NCBI GenBank assembly: GCA_965220085.1
Contig: CBDCOZ010000003.1
Coordinates: 1,321,683 to 1,385,682 of the forward strand
DNA: 64,000 nucleotides
Direction: 5' to 3'
From: Candidatus Oxydemutatoraceae bacterium
GTDB lineage: Bacteria > Pseudomonadota > Gammaproteobacteria > Poriferisulfidales > Oxydemutatoraceae
Part shown: piece by piece, positions 13,501-20,343 of the stretch
Numbering within the stretch: the first letter of the stretch is position 1
How the letters are laid out: the number at the start of each line of letters is the position of its first letter
Position numbers and translations under genes: made by a program
The notes under the pieces: model-generated
Told to the model about the DNA's origin: nothing
What the model saw: only the letters and a program-made list of their open reading frames with translations
The model's database searches: none

Positions 13501-16500
13501 CGCCGTGCAGCTCGGCGACCAAACCGCCCGCCCGCTCCTGGTGTCGGTCGGTCCTTATCGTGCCGCTGACGCCGATGTTTGAGATGACGCCATCCTCGCC
13601 GACCGAACCGAACAAGCCCTGCCGCCCCGCATTGCGCCGGATATGCAGGTTTTCAATCGCATGGCCGTTGCCGTTAAATGTCGTCGCAAACGGATTGCCG
13701 CTGTCGCCGATTGGCGGCCAACCTTCGCCGCTCATCCAGGTATCGGTGCTGCTCAAAACATGGTCGGCGGGGTCGGAAAAATCCAGATTCGTCAACAACT
13801 CATAGCCGATGCAACCGCTTTTCGGGCAGCCCATGCCCTCCGTCGCAATCAAAAATGCGGCCTGATAATTCGCCCGATTGCCCGCGGTCGCAATACCATC
13901 GCCGTCCAAATCCCAGCGCATCGCGTTGAGTTGATCCAGGTTGGCGATGTCTATCAGACCATCGTCGTCAAAGTCATAATCGCGTCCCGACATCGCATAA
14001 CTGCGGCTTGCTTCGCCGCCGTCTATGACAGCGGCAACGTGATACGCATAGGAACTGGTCGTATTGGCGGTCATATCGGCATAAGATTCGGCCGATAAAT
14101 TATAGGCCCCGGCTAACGCGATGCCGTCGCGGTAAACCCGGTAGCGGATAGGCGGCGCGGCATCCCACTCAGGCGCCGCGGTCGGCGCTTGCCAATTCAG
14201 AGATCGGGCGGTATCGCCATATGCGACCGATAACGCCGGCGGCCCTTGGCGCAACTGGTAACCGAATTCCTGCCACCTCGCCTCGCCGTTGCCGTCAAAA
14301 TCAACTTTCAGCGCGGGGTATTGCGCGGCGCTGCCAAAGTCCCAATGGTCGCCGCCGTCGTTCCAATTGGCATAGATACCGGCATAGTCTGTCGGACTCT
14401 GCAACTCGGCAGTCCCTTTGCCGCCGATGCCGGTGACCGCACCCAACCCGATCGCATCGTTCTTGGCCGAAGTCTCGGTATCCCAATAGACAGCGGTCGC
14501 CTCAACCGAAGCCGCAAAAACACCGCCGACACCGCCGCTCGCGCTGCCTGACGGATGAAGCAGACCGGTGGCATAACTATACTTGACATTCGCATTGCCC
14601 AGATTGCCGATCAAACCGCCGCCGAACTGACTGCTGCCGCCGCGGGTTACGTTCACATAACCGCTCGCATACGTATGTTCAATCGTCCCATTCGCGGAGC
14701 CGCTGTCGTCTCTGCCGAGCAAGCCGCCCGCTTCGGAGTTGGCAAACACATTGCCGGTCGCATAACTCCTGCGGATGGCGGCGCCCGCCCGACTGGCGCC
14801 GAGCAAGGAGCCGACATAAGCCCGGCCTTCGACCGCCACCGCGGAGTAGCTGTCTTCTATCGTGCCGCTCGCGCTATCGCCGATCAGTCCGCCGACATAA
14901 TTATTGTCGCCCGCGTCGATGGATCCGGTGACGCCGACATTGCGCACCACAGCGCCGGCGATCGCGCCGAACAACCCTTGGTAGGGCGCGTTGCGGTCGA
15001 TGCGCAACCTGCGAAGCGTATGGCCGTTGCCGTCAAAGGTCGCCGTAAACGCGGCGCTGTCGCCGCCGATCGGCGGCCAACCGGCGCCGCTCGTCCACGC
15101 CGTGTTGATACGGCCGCTGTGATAACTGTCGGCGGCGGCAAAATTCAAATCGCGCGTCAACTCATAACCGATGCACGCATCGTTGACGCAACCCAGACCG
15201 GAAATCGCGCTGTGAAAAGCGCGGTCGTAGTCCGTTTGATCGCCCGCGGCAACGACGCCATTGCCGTCCAAGTCCCAGCGCATCGCGTTGAATTGTTCCA
15301 ACGTACTCACTTCGATCAGACCGTTGTCATCGCGGTCATAGTCATACGATTCCGATACGATGGCGCTGCGAATCGCCTCGCCGCCGTAAACGTTCGCGGC
15401 GACGTGATAGACGTAGTTGCGGGTCGCGGTCGTGTTCGTATCGGCGTATTCCGTCAGCGCCGTGTTTTCAATCTCCGGCACGAGGATGCCGTCGCGATAG
15501 AGCGCAAACGTGACCATCGGCGCCGGCGCGCAGTGCGAGGTGTCGGGCATATCCCAAGTAAGAGTTCTGGTTGCATGGACTCCGCTCACTGTCAGCGTCG
15601 GCCCCGTGCGTAACTGGCAACCGAACTCCTGCCAACTCGCCTCACCGTTGCCGTCAAAATCGATCTTCAGCGCCGGGTACTGCTCGGACGTGCCAAAATC
15701 CCAGTGGTCGCCATCGCTTGCATTCCAGCTCGCATAGATGCCGGTGTAGGTCGTCGGCAGTTGTAGTTCGGCGCTCGTCCATCCGCTGATGCCATCATCG
15801 GAACCGTCGCCGACACCGTTGCTATTGGCCGAGGTCTCGCGGTCCCAATAGACATCGGTGAACGTCGCATTGACATTCTCACCGATGACACCGCTGCCCA
15901 TTGATACTATGGGGTCGATCAAAGCGGTGGAATAACCGTAGCCGATCTGTCCCGCCTCGACACGACCGATTAAACCACCTAACAATCTACTGTTACTATC
16001 TAAGCCACTTACATACCCGGTCGCATAGACGTGCTCTACGGTGCCCCCGTGCGTAGAAATACGACCAATCAAACCACCCGTCTGCCTATGCGAATTTATA
16101 TTCCCGGTTGCATAACTCGTACGAACCGTGCCCGCCCTGAGTCTGCCGACCAAAGAACCAACTTCGTTGCGTCCGCTCACCGCGACCGTCGAAAAACTGT
16201 CCTCTATCACCCCGTCAACGCGCACCTGACCGGCCAAGCCGCCGGAAGTATCCTGCCCGTTTACCGCACCGGTGACACCGAGGCGGCTGATGACCGCCGG
16301 GGTTTCAACTACACCGAACAAACCTTGCAGAGATGCATCCCTGTCTATATGCAGGTTATAGATCGTATGACCGTTGCCAGCGAATGCCGCTACAAATCTA
16401 TTATCGGCGCCACTGCCGCCAATCGGCTCCCAACCCTCGCCTTCGCGCCACGCATCATGGACTTTGCCGGTAGCGTAGCTGTCGGGGTCATCAAAATCCA

Positions 16501-19500
16501 GGCTTTGATCCAATTCATACCCGCGACACCCCGAAGGCTCGGCGGAGGTCGACGCAACGGCCGGACACCCCATGCCGACCAGCGCGCCGACAAAAGCTTT
16601 GCCGTAGGCGCGGGCGCCGGCGGATGCAATACCGTCGCCGTCCAAGTCAAACCGCACCGCATCCAGTTGCTCCAGCGTGCTGATTTCAATCAAGCCGTCG
16701 TCGTCGCTGTCGTAATCGTTGATCGGCAACACGACGCGGTCACTGCGGCTCGCTTCGCCGCCATGGATAACCGCCGCCACCCAGTAGGCGTTTCTGACAG
16801 CGAGGTCCGCGCCGGTTATGGCGTAACGCGTCTGCGCAAAGTCTATGCCGTCGCTCAAGAGCGCGCCGTTGTGATACACGGCGTAGGTGACCGTCGGCGT
16901 AGCGGGCGACCAGTGCGACACATCGGGCGCGCTCCACTCCAGCGTCCAATCGGTATCGGCCCCGCTGGCGGTCAAATTGGCGGGGCCGTCGCGCAACTGA
17001 TAGCCGAATTCTTGCCAGCTCGCGATGTCGTCATTGTCAAAATCAACTTTCAGCGCCGGGTATTGCGACGCGCTGCCGAAGTCCCAGTAGTCGCCGCCGT
17101 CGGCATTCCAGTTTTGATAGATGCCGACATAGCCTGTCGCCGCCTGCAACCCGGCCGTCGTCTCGCCGCTGATGCCCGCAACCGCCGCCGACCCGCTCGC
17201 GCTGTTCGCGATGCCCGACGTGTCAATATCCCAATAGGCATCGCGGAGTATGGCGTTCGCATTGATCACACCGCCGCCGACTCCGCCGCTGCGTAACACG
17301 CCGGCGGGAAGTTGCGCGGTCGCGTAGCCATAGCCGAGCCGCACCGCTCCCAGATTGCCGATCAAACCGCCGACATTGTAATTAAAACCCCCGCTCGCCA
17401 AACTGATTTGCCCGGTGGCGTATGTATGCTCGACCGTGCTGCCTGTGGAGACGCCGTACACTTGACCGATCAAGCCGCCGATTTCCTGATGACCGCTTAC
17501 ATTGCCCGTCGCATAACTCGCGCGCACCGCGCCTTGCTCGTTGTAGCCGAGCAGCGAACCGACGTCAAATCCGGCCGCGACCGATACCGTCGAGTAACTC
17601 TTTTCAATGCGACCGCCGCCGACCATTGCGGCGACCAAGCCGCCCATCAATTCTTGATACGGGGTCGCAGTAATCGCGCCGGTCACACCGACATTTGAGA
17701 TCATCGCGCCTTCGCCGAGTTCGCCGAACAGCCCTTGTTGGTTCGCCAGACGACCGATATGCAAGCCCTCTATGGCATAGCCGTCGCCGTTAAACGTCGC
17801 TGTGAAGCGATCACCGCTGTCGCCGATCGGCGACCAGCCGTCGCCCGCCGTCCATGCCTCGTTGACAGCGCCGCCGGCATAGCTCGCCGCGGCGCGGAAA
17901 TCGAGCGCGGTCGTCAGTTCATAGCCGCTGCAACCGTCGGCGCAACCCATGCCGGCGATCGCATGCGGGAAAGCCCGCGCGTAGTCTCCGGCGTGATCGG
18001 ATGTCGGCGCGCCGTCGCCGTCCGTGTCCCAACGCAACGCATTCAGTTGTTCCAAGTTGGCGATCTCTATCAAACCGTCGTCGTCGCGGTCGTAGTCATG
18101 CGATCTGGATACGACGCGCGCGCGGATCGCTTCGCCGCCATCGATGACAACGGCGACATGATAGACATAATTCGTGCCGGCGATCGCGGCGGTGTCGGCA
18201 TAACGCATCGCCGTCAGGTTTTTGCCATCCGACAACACGGAGCCGTCGCGATAGACGGCAAATGCGACGGTGGGCGAAGAGGCGCAGTGAGCCGTATCGG
18301 GCATGCCCCAACTGATATCCCTCCGCTGATCGGCGCCTTGCGTCGCCGCCGCGACGCCCGCGCGCAACTGGCATCCGAACTCTTGCCACGTCGCCATGCC
18401 GTCGTTGTTAAAGTCAACTTTCAGAGCCGGGTATTGCTCGCTGTCGCCGAAATCCCAATGATCGTTGGCATCCGCATTCCAGGCGCCATAGATACCGGTA
18501 TACGTCGTCGGCAAGCGCAACTCGGCGGTGGTTTTGCCGATGACACCGTCGGCGGCGCCGTTGCCGACCGCGTTCGTTGCGCCGGAGGTTTGGGTATCCC
18601 AGTAGACGGCGGCAAACACGGAGTCGCTGCCGGTGATCCTGCCGATGACGCCGCCGCGCGCGCTCATATTGGGAGCGACCGCGGCCGTGGCATAGCCATG
18701 CCTCAGTCGCGAACTGTGACTGACGTCGGCGACCAATCCGCTCGCAAATGCGCTCGGGTGATCGCTCGTCGTGCCGACATAACCGGTGGCGTAAACATGC
18801 TCCGCGGTCGCGCTTCCCAAAGTGGAACCGGCCGCGCCGATCAAGCCGCCCGCCGCGTTGATGGCATAGGCGCTGCCGGTCGCATAACTGCTCCGAACCG
18901 CGCCGGTTTCAAGACGACCGACCAGAGAAGCGACGCCATGCGACCCCTCCGCCGTGACCGTTGAGTAGCTGTTGGCAACCGTGCTGCTATTGCTTACCTG
19001 CCCGACCAAGCCGCCGATATTGTCGCTGTTGCTGCCGTTGGACCTTGACGCCACTTTGCCGGTCACGCCGACATTGGCAATCATCGCGTTTTGACCGCCG
19101 ACGCCGAAGAGTCCCTGATGCGACGCCAGACTGTCGATGCGCAAGTTGTAAATCGTGTGACCGTTGCCGTTGAATTCTGTTTTCAGGCGGCGGATGTTGA
19201 CGCCGATCGGCGACCAACCGGCGCCGCTTGCCCATACGGTGTTCGTGGTGCCGGCGGCATAGCTGTCAAGGTCGGCAAAATCCAAATCGCGGAGCAACTC
19301 GTAGCCTCTGCAACTGCCGCTGGCGGGACAACCCATGTTGGCGGCGGCGCCGGGGAAAGCCGCGGCATACGATTCGGCGACCCAGGATAAGGGCGTGCCG
19401 TCGCCGTCCAAATCCCAACGCACCGCATTGAGTTGATGCAGATTGCCGATCTCGATCAGACCGTCATCGTCGCTGTCATAGTCGGCAGCGGATGCATAAG

Positions 19501-19597
19501 ACACAGAACAGCACGCTGCCAGCGCCGCTATTCCGGCAAGCAATATTTTCAACTCGGTAACCCCCTCCAAGTACTTCATGACAGAACTAATATTCAT
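1523..19597 (-). CDS. Giant secreted multi-module protein, 6,024 aa: signal peptide, 12 x (Ca-binding DxDxDG motif + GLUG-like beta-helix + FN3-like) modules, about 5 cadherin-like repeats, conserved FLEGPLR C-terminal tail
   Basis: Uninterrupted 18,075-nt ORF. The N-terminus MNISSVMKYLEGVTELKILLAGIAALAACCSVSYASA is signal-peptide-like, with an AxA site before ADYDSDDDG. I counted 12 DYDxDDDGLIEI...WQEFG[YC]QLR modules by motif. The C-terminal region carries cadherin motifs (GLFAIDxxSGEIxLA, LDHE/YE, YxLxVxA). The protein ends ...AGIRLRLRLFLEGPLR. Confidence 0.9.
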   Translation of the reverse strand: MNISSVMKYLEGVTELKILLAGIAALAACCSVSYASAADYDSDDDGLIEIGNLHQLNAVRWDLDGDGTPLSWVAESYAAAFPGAAANMGCPASGSCRGYELLRDLDFADLDSYAAGTTNTVWASGAGWSPIGVNIRRLKTEFNGNGHTIYNLRIDSLASHQGLFGVGGQNAMIANVGVTGKVASRSNGSNSDNIGGLVGQVSNSSTVANSYSTVTAEGSHGVASLVGRLETGAVRSSYATGSAYAINAAGGLIGAAGSTLGSATAEHVYATGYVGTTSDHPSAFASGLVADVSHSSRLRHGYATAAVAPNMSARGGVIGRITGSDSVFAAVYWDTQTSGATNAVGNGAADGVIGKTTAELRLPTTYTGIYGAWNADANDHWDFGDSEQYPALKVDFNNDGMATWQEFGCQLRAGVAAATQGADQRRDISWGMPDTAHCASSPTVAFAVYRDGSVLSDGKNLTAMRYADTAAIAGTNYVYHVAVVIDGGEAIRARVVSRSHDYDRDDDGLIEIANLEQLNALRWDTDGDGAPTSDHAGDYARAFPHAIAGMGCADGCSGYELTTALDFRAAASYAGGAVNEAWTAGDGWSPIGDSGDRFTATFNGDGYAIEGLHIGRLANQQGLFGELGEGAMISNVGVTGAITATPYQELMGGLVAAMVGGGRIEKSYSTVSVAAGFDVGSLLGYNEQGAVRASYATGNVSGHQEIGGLIGQVYGVSTGSTVEHTYATGQISLASGGFNYNVGGLIGNLGAVRLGYGYATAQLPAGVLRSGGVGGGVINANAILRDAYWDIDTSGIANSASGSAAVAGISGETTAGLQAATGYVGIYQNWNADGGDYWDFGSASQYPALKVDFDNDDIASWQEFGYQLRDGPANLTASGADTDWTLEWSAPDVSHWSPATPTVTYAVYHNGALLSDGIDFAQTRYAITGADLAVRNAYWVAAVIHGGEASRSDRVVLPINDYDSDDDGLIEISTLEQLDAVRFDLDGDGIASAGARAYGKAFVGALVGMGCPAVASTSAEPSGCRGYELDQSLDFDDPDSYATGKVHDAWREGEGWEPIGGSGADNRFVAAFAGNGHTIYNLHIDRDASLQGLFGVVETPAVISRLGVTGAVNGQDTSGGLAGQVRVDGVIEDSFSTVAVSGRNEVGSLVGRLRAGTVRTSYATGNINSHRQTGGLIGRISTHGGTVEHVYATGYVSGLDSNSRLLGGLIGRVEAGQIGYGYSTALIDPIVSMGSGVIGENVNATFTDVYWDRETSANSNGVGDGSDDGISGWTSAELQLPTTYTGIYASWNASDGDHWDFGTSEQYPALKIDFDGNGEASWQEFGCQLRTGPTLTVSGVHATRTLTWDMPDTSHCAPAPMVTFALYRDGILVPEIENTALTEYADTNTTATRNYVYHVAANVYGGEAIRSAIVSESYDYDRDDNGLIEVSTLEQFNAMRWDLDGNGVVAAGDQTDYDRAFHSAISGLGCVNDACIGYELTRDLNFAAADSYHSGRINTAWTSGAGWPPIGGDSAAFTATFDGNGHTLRRLRIDRNAPYQGLFGAIAGAVVRNVGVTGSIDAGDNNYVGGLIGDSASGTIEDSYSAVAVEGRAYVGSLLGASRAGAAIRRSYATGNVFANSEAGGLLGRDDSGSANGTIEHTYASGYVNVTRGGSSQFGGGLIGNLGNANVKYSYATGLLHPSGSASGGVGGVFAASVEATAVYWDTETSAKNDAIGLGAVTGIGGKGTAELQSPTDYAGIYANWNDGGDHWDFGSAAQYPALKVDFDGNGEARWQEFGYQLRQGPPALSVAYGDTARSLNWQAPTAAPEWDAAPPIRYRVYRDGIALAGAYNLSAESYADMTANTTSSYAYHVAAVIDGGEASRSYAMSGRDYDFDDDGLIDIANLDQLNAMRWDLDGDGIATAGNRANYQAAFLIATEGMGCPKSGCIGYELLTNLDFSDPADHVLSSTDTWMSGEGWPPIGDSGNPFATTFNGNGHAIENLHIRRNAGRQGLFGSVGEDGVISNIGVSGTIRTDRHQERAGGLVAELHGGLIEESYSTVALDSAFEVGSLLGFNDKGTVRASYATGYVRGHRGVGGLIGEAYAYSNESTVEHTYATGQLAVAVSDADNDAGGLIGYLGAVRLRYSYSTARVPAEAKRSGAIGGGASAGAPVFDSVYWDVDASGELDKAVSGGYAPGVAGAPTVLLQAFADYEDLYASWNAENTDYWDFGADKQYPALQVDFNNDGDISWQEFGYQLREGPTLTMSGIGASRTLSWTTPDTSHWPASAPIIAYVVYHNDAVAADGLARTSYVDAAIDLDIINTYRVAAVVGGGEASRSAGFVLPIRDYDRDDDGLIEIATLEQLDAVRWDLDSEGPPMFEPQRYQRAFIAALPGMGCPAAVSTATSACRGYELIKDLDFADPASYASGAINAAWTEGDGWPPIGEKFVGNRFETTFDGNGHTIHNLYGGGTPSLRGLFGGIEAPAIVRRVGVTGSIRVQDAAGGLVGRIYDGGTVEESYSAVAVRGTHGVGSLVGDIQGGIVRRSYATGNATGSSQIGGLIGGIASEGASVEHVYATGYADGTRGGANSSVGGLIGRVRAGQIRSAYSTALVYPAKTFHGGFVGRSDAATFDDVYWDVETSAMSNGVGNGSDSGIGGKTSMELQMATTYAGIYANWNADGGDYWDFGGAKQYPALKIDFNNSGEASWQEFGYQLREGPSRLETGSGAPRKLAWQAPDTSHWDPAPAVGYAVYRDGVALTRDDDIRDTAYMDSGAIDGVDYVYQVAAVVHGGEASRSVAVSRSTDYDTDDNGLIEISSLDQLNVVRWDLDGDGVPAASTRAYLLVFPDAALPGMGCPAGSGCRGYELNGDLDFADVGSYVEGSTVTTAWTQGEGWEPIGGSGADNKFTAVFNGNGHTIYNLHIDRDAAAQGLFGIVETPAVISRLGVTGVVRVREVSGGLAGQLRTDGVIEDSFSTVAVRGRFDIGSLVGRLRAGTIRRSYATGNAEGFNRTGGLIGRISAHGGTVEHVYATGYVSGFNRNSESSGGLLGNAGAGQINYGYSTALLDSIASMSGGFVGENVNATFTDVYWDRETSAKNNGVGDGSDDGISGWTSAELQMPTTYTGIYENWNTSDSDHWDFGTSEQYPALKTDFDGYGEASWQEFGCQLREGPADLTVGYQLTSRTLDWSEPELSHWASTPTITYAVYRDGIVLADGIETSSYADVTADADTIYAYHVAAVINGGEASRSVIVSGRDYDIDDDGLIGIGTLEQLNAMRWDMDGDGNPDDADHAADYAAAFPNTVGTVGCPGVCGGYELTRDLDFDNPADYASGAVNSAWADGWDPIGNLTNVFATAFNGNGHTVYNLGIDTNAERQGLFGDARGATIANIGVTGAIARAGNRVGGVVGSLEGGAIANSYSAVSVRANGFAGGIVGYVANIALRTSYATGNVSASNQVGGLLGFVSNASTSLEHAYATGRVDINGDNANRKGGGLIGDAGGARIGYAYATALVVPDLPRSGGAVGVAGSDSVFASVYWDLETSGRDNAADRAIDGIDGKSSAELRSPPGYVGIYADWNTDGGDYWDFGSSKQYPALKIDFNNDGEASWQEFGCQVREKPILAARGTGDVRTLAWSAPDVSHCKANTSVSYNVYRDGEALTAAGEWTATSYVDAQRSADTEYVYHLAAVIDGGEAARQSIRSRIVDYDDDDDGLIEIDSLEQLDAVRWDLGGDGVPATDSSATYAAVFPDPADDMGCPGGCSGYELMRNLDFDDFASYVTGNVSSAWTTGEGWAPIGAPAAGDRFAATFDGNGHTIYNLHIDRDATAQGLFGAIETPARIGNLGVTGAVVGNDVVGGLVGLLRTDSAIENSYSAVAVRGRSEVGSLAGRVRAAAVRRSYATGNAAAANRAGGLIGRIAALGGTAEHAYATGYVSGVNNSGEVLGGLIGDTSAGQISYAYSTALIDSAATMAGGVVGENSHAAFADIYWDRETSGKQNGVGAGSDSGIDGKTSFELRMPTTYTGIYKNWNTDNSDYWDFGASDQYPALKVDFDGDGAASWREFGCQARSAPVVTASGAGTSRTLNWSAPDTDHCALPQAVTYAVYRDGAALTAGEGIAETTYADTAAVIDDTYAYHVAAVVHGGEAVRGVAVSMARDYDSDDDGLIEVATAEQLAAIRWDLDGDGAPSASTQEYVTRFVDAATNMGCVGTCAGYELINDLDLRAASAGSAEGWVAIGSEAAPFTAIFNGNGNVIANLSIDREADRQGLFGAVVGGTVRNVGVTGTVDASASSLSASGDRVGGLIGELSDGAVRDSYSAVTALGDRSIGSLLGSAKRSVIRASYATGNTHANGRAGGLIGRADDSGGGNDSEIAHVYATGFVDATMATFNRWAGGLIGSLQSAQLKYGYSAALIHPDPIESGGLIGFNALRSDALTAVYWDAGASGRDNPIGLHVLGPGYEGGDKSISELQAPTTYAGIYANWNADGADYWDFGSNNQYPALKVDFNNDGEASWREFGCQLREPPQNAVHYLVGAAVKLTWDAPDVSHCATPPTVGYAVYRDGIRLTAPGGIAEARYLDETSVGGIAHTYHIAAVVNGGEASRHVETLATIDYDRDDDNLLDISNLDQLNAIRWDTDGDGHASTENRSHYLIAFPKSSGGKGCPSGCGGYELTRDLDFADANSYAPDSDSAKRSTGAGWLPIGAREDRYAAVFDGKGRRIDNLRIDRAADRQGLFGSINSSATVSNIGITGSVAGGDQSGGLVGELSGGIVTNSYSAVSARGGEAVAPLVGYADGGAVLASYASGNTSATAVAGGLIGGSGNSANTTVEYVYATGYVNAQRAAGGLIGNMGALQIKYSYAASLINSAAATSGGIAGEVNGVNPTFAVVYWDAQVTGKQRAAGSGSASGATGKTGAELQTPTAYSGIYADWNADDSDNWDFGNAEQYPALKADFDGDGIPSWQEFGCQIREDLALTVRGVGDRDLSWSAPDTTHCAADTVVAYAVYRDSLALASVAEARAEYADTTAAIGSDYTYHVVAVIDGGEAARSVAVSRSRDYDTDDNGLIEITNLEQLDALRWDLDGDGIPSADSRRYETAFPHSAADLNCAHGCNGYELTRSLDFNDSGSYAASTNSEWTAGAGWMPIGARENRFIAAFNGNGHVIENLYIRRDADAQGLFGSAAGATITGVGVTGSVRGGTAVGGLVGELAGGTVAQSYSTVAAQGTEQVGSLLGSVNGGVLRASYATGRALADAAGGGLSGGGDNDANIIIEHVYAAGYVNAQRQGGGLLGSVGGNMRLEYAYSTALVAPGNHGGVAGRVAGGNPVFEAVYWDSDVSGQSVAFGFGSAAGVAAKTAAELQSPTGHVGIYAKWDVNGSIDYWDFGAADEYPALKTDFDGEGTPSWQEFGYQLRQGPRDAAITYADHANVLTWSAPDTSHWQSPPAIAYAVYRDGIAITTATAVMTYEDTERVAGTLHAYSVAAIVHGGEASRSAAPVGLAIADTDPAANTIAENATVGAPLRGITLIANDGDSAVTSGLTWILSDDAGGLFAIDRDSGEITLARAELDHETTPTYVLQVRAERDGDLSAPFAVRADVGNVPKRLTVTNAAMPDITIGAVPDSRIAKNTLVGAPVSNIMLVVSDETNNPVTSGLTWSLPDDADGLFAIDSASGEIVLARSVEDHENTQTHTVRVRVETDNMVYAELEVAIAIDNAPESLTIANRSTATIAVAENTPVGALLGGITLVATDETNNPVTSGLTWSLTEDADGLFAIDADSGAIRLAGMLDYETSATHTITAQAAEGAVLSNRLDLMITVIDFDEAIIAPTVSDTDPTTNTIVENSADTAVAGVSLAATRNGVALSGIIWQLTDDASGLFVITTAGVVRTSADRAPDYETDAGHRVRAAATASDGSIGEYTLMINVTNVLESLRVADDNSADNRIAENAATATAVSGIALVARDEANNPVTSGLTWSLSDNAGGLFAIDSASGEIRLAAAAALGPVATTHTVAVRVSFAGAEAVESDDWELTIEVTEPRAGIRLRLRLFLEGPLR
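1560..3190 (-). repeat. Cadherin-like repeat region (about 5 repeats) at the C-terminus of giant protein 1
   Basis: The translation shows ~100-110-aa units with IAENxxxGAPV, TSGLTW[SI]L[SP]DDA, GLFAIDxxSGEIxLA, xLDxExxxTH and VRVRV-type motifs typical of cadherin/Big-like extracellular repeats. Confidence 0.75.
3190..19480 (-). repeat. Array of 12 divergent tandem coding modules (~1.35-1.5 kb each) in giant gene 1
   Basis: Each module reads: DYDxDDDGLIEIxxLEQLNAxRWDLDGDG, then ...MGCP..C.GYEL..DLDF, then GNGHTIxNLxI..QGLFG, then multiple GGL[IV]G/SYATG/VYATG Gly-rich beta-helix repeats, then VYWDxxTSG...WDFG..QYPALKVDF..WQEFG.QLR, then an FN3-like segment (L.W.APD.SHW/C...YxVYRDG...Y.Y.VAAV..GGEA.RS). 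The copies are divergent at nucleotide level, not identical. Confidence 0.85.
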
Positions 19598-19718
19598 CTA
19601 TTTATTAATGGGTGACACCCCCGGACATGTTTATAAATGTTCTTAGCGAAGGTGTTAAGCGAGTATACAAGTGCGTCATAAGTGGCTGGCGAATCATATA
19701 CTTAGCATGTGTATATCC

Positions 19719-20054
19719 TGTGTATAACCTATTTATGACTTATTAGTGTCGTGTTAATAGCCTGTGGATAAGTGCATCGCTCTGGAGACATGTTGTCGCG
19801 TATGTGCTGGCGTGTTCTGTGGATAACTTTATCACTTCATCAACGTAGCGGCGAGACATGTCCTGTGCATATCCTGTGTGTAAATGTATCACGACCCAGA
19901 CGTTGCCTAGAATCTTCTGTGGATAAATTTATGTGCCGCTGCGCCGGTATGTTACCGAGCGGGCGCTGTGAATATCCCTGTGTATAAAAATGTGGCACTC
20001 GATAGATGTAACCGCGAGTGTGCCGGTTATCCCTGTGGATATATCTGTGGATGA
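19719..20054. promoter_or_regulatory. Cluster of same-orientation DnaA boxes (TGTGGATAA = complement of TTATCCACA): candidate replication origin or DnaA-regulated region
   Basis: Three perfect 9-mers TGTGGATAA sit at 19763-19771, 19818-19826 and 19918-19926. Same-strand near matches are TGTGTATAA at 19719-19727 and 19979-19987, TGTGTGTAA at ~19875-19883, TGTGGATAT at 20034-20042 and TGTGGATGA at 20046-20054. Spacing is about 45-60 bp. An AT-rich stretch lies at ~19621-19760. The region is directly upstream of giant gene 1 (start 19597, minus strand). Confidence 0.6.
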
Positions 20055-20137
20055 AATGTGTCGCCTCGCAGACGCGACCAAGAATGTGCTACTGATGCCT
20101 TGTTAATATTTCTGTGGGCAAGTCTGTCCCCCAACGC

Positions 20138-20153
20138 TCTCCCGCGCGGGAGA
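20138..20153. repeat. 16-bp perfect palindrome TCTCCCGCGCGGGAGA
   Basis: Read directly from the sequence. It lies in the intergenic stretch between the DnaA-box cluster and the coiled-coil gene stop. It could be a protein-binding site or a short hairpin. Confidence 0.5.
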
Positions 20154-20343
20154 ATAGATTCGGCGACAACGCAAAAACTGTCCCCCAAACTATCTTTCAT
20201 GGCGCGCCCCAGAAACGACCCGCAAACAATTAAGTACGGAGCCCAAGCCGAAGCATCAAGCGCCCTATTGCTCCATGCGTCCGATATGTCTTGCATCATA
20301 CGCGCCCCCCTCTCTGTCGGCGCGAACAAGATACGGCGCAGGT

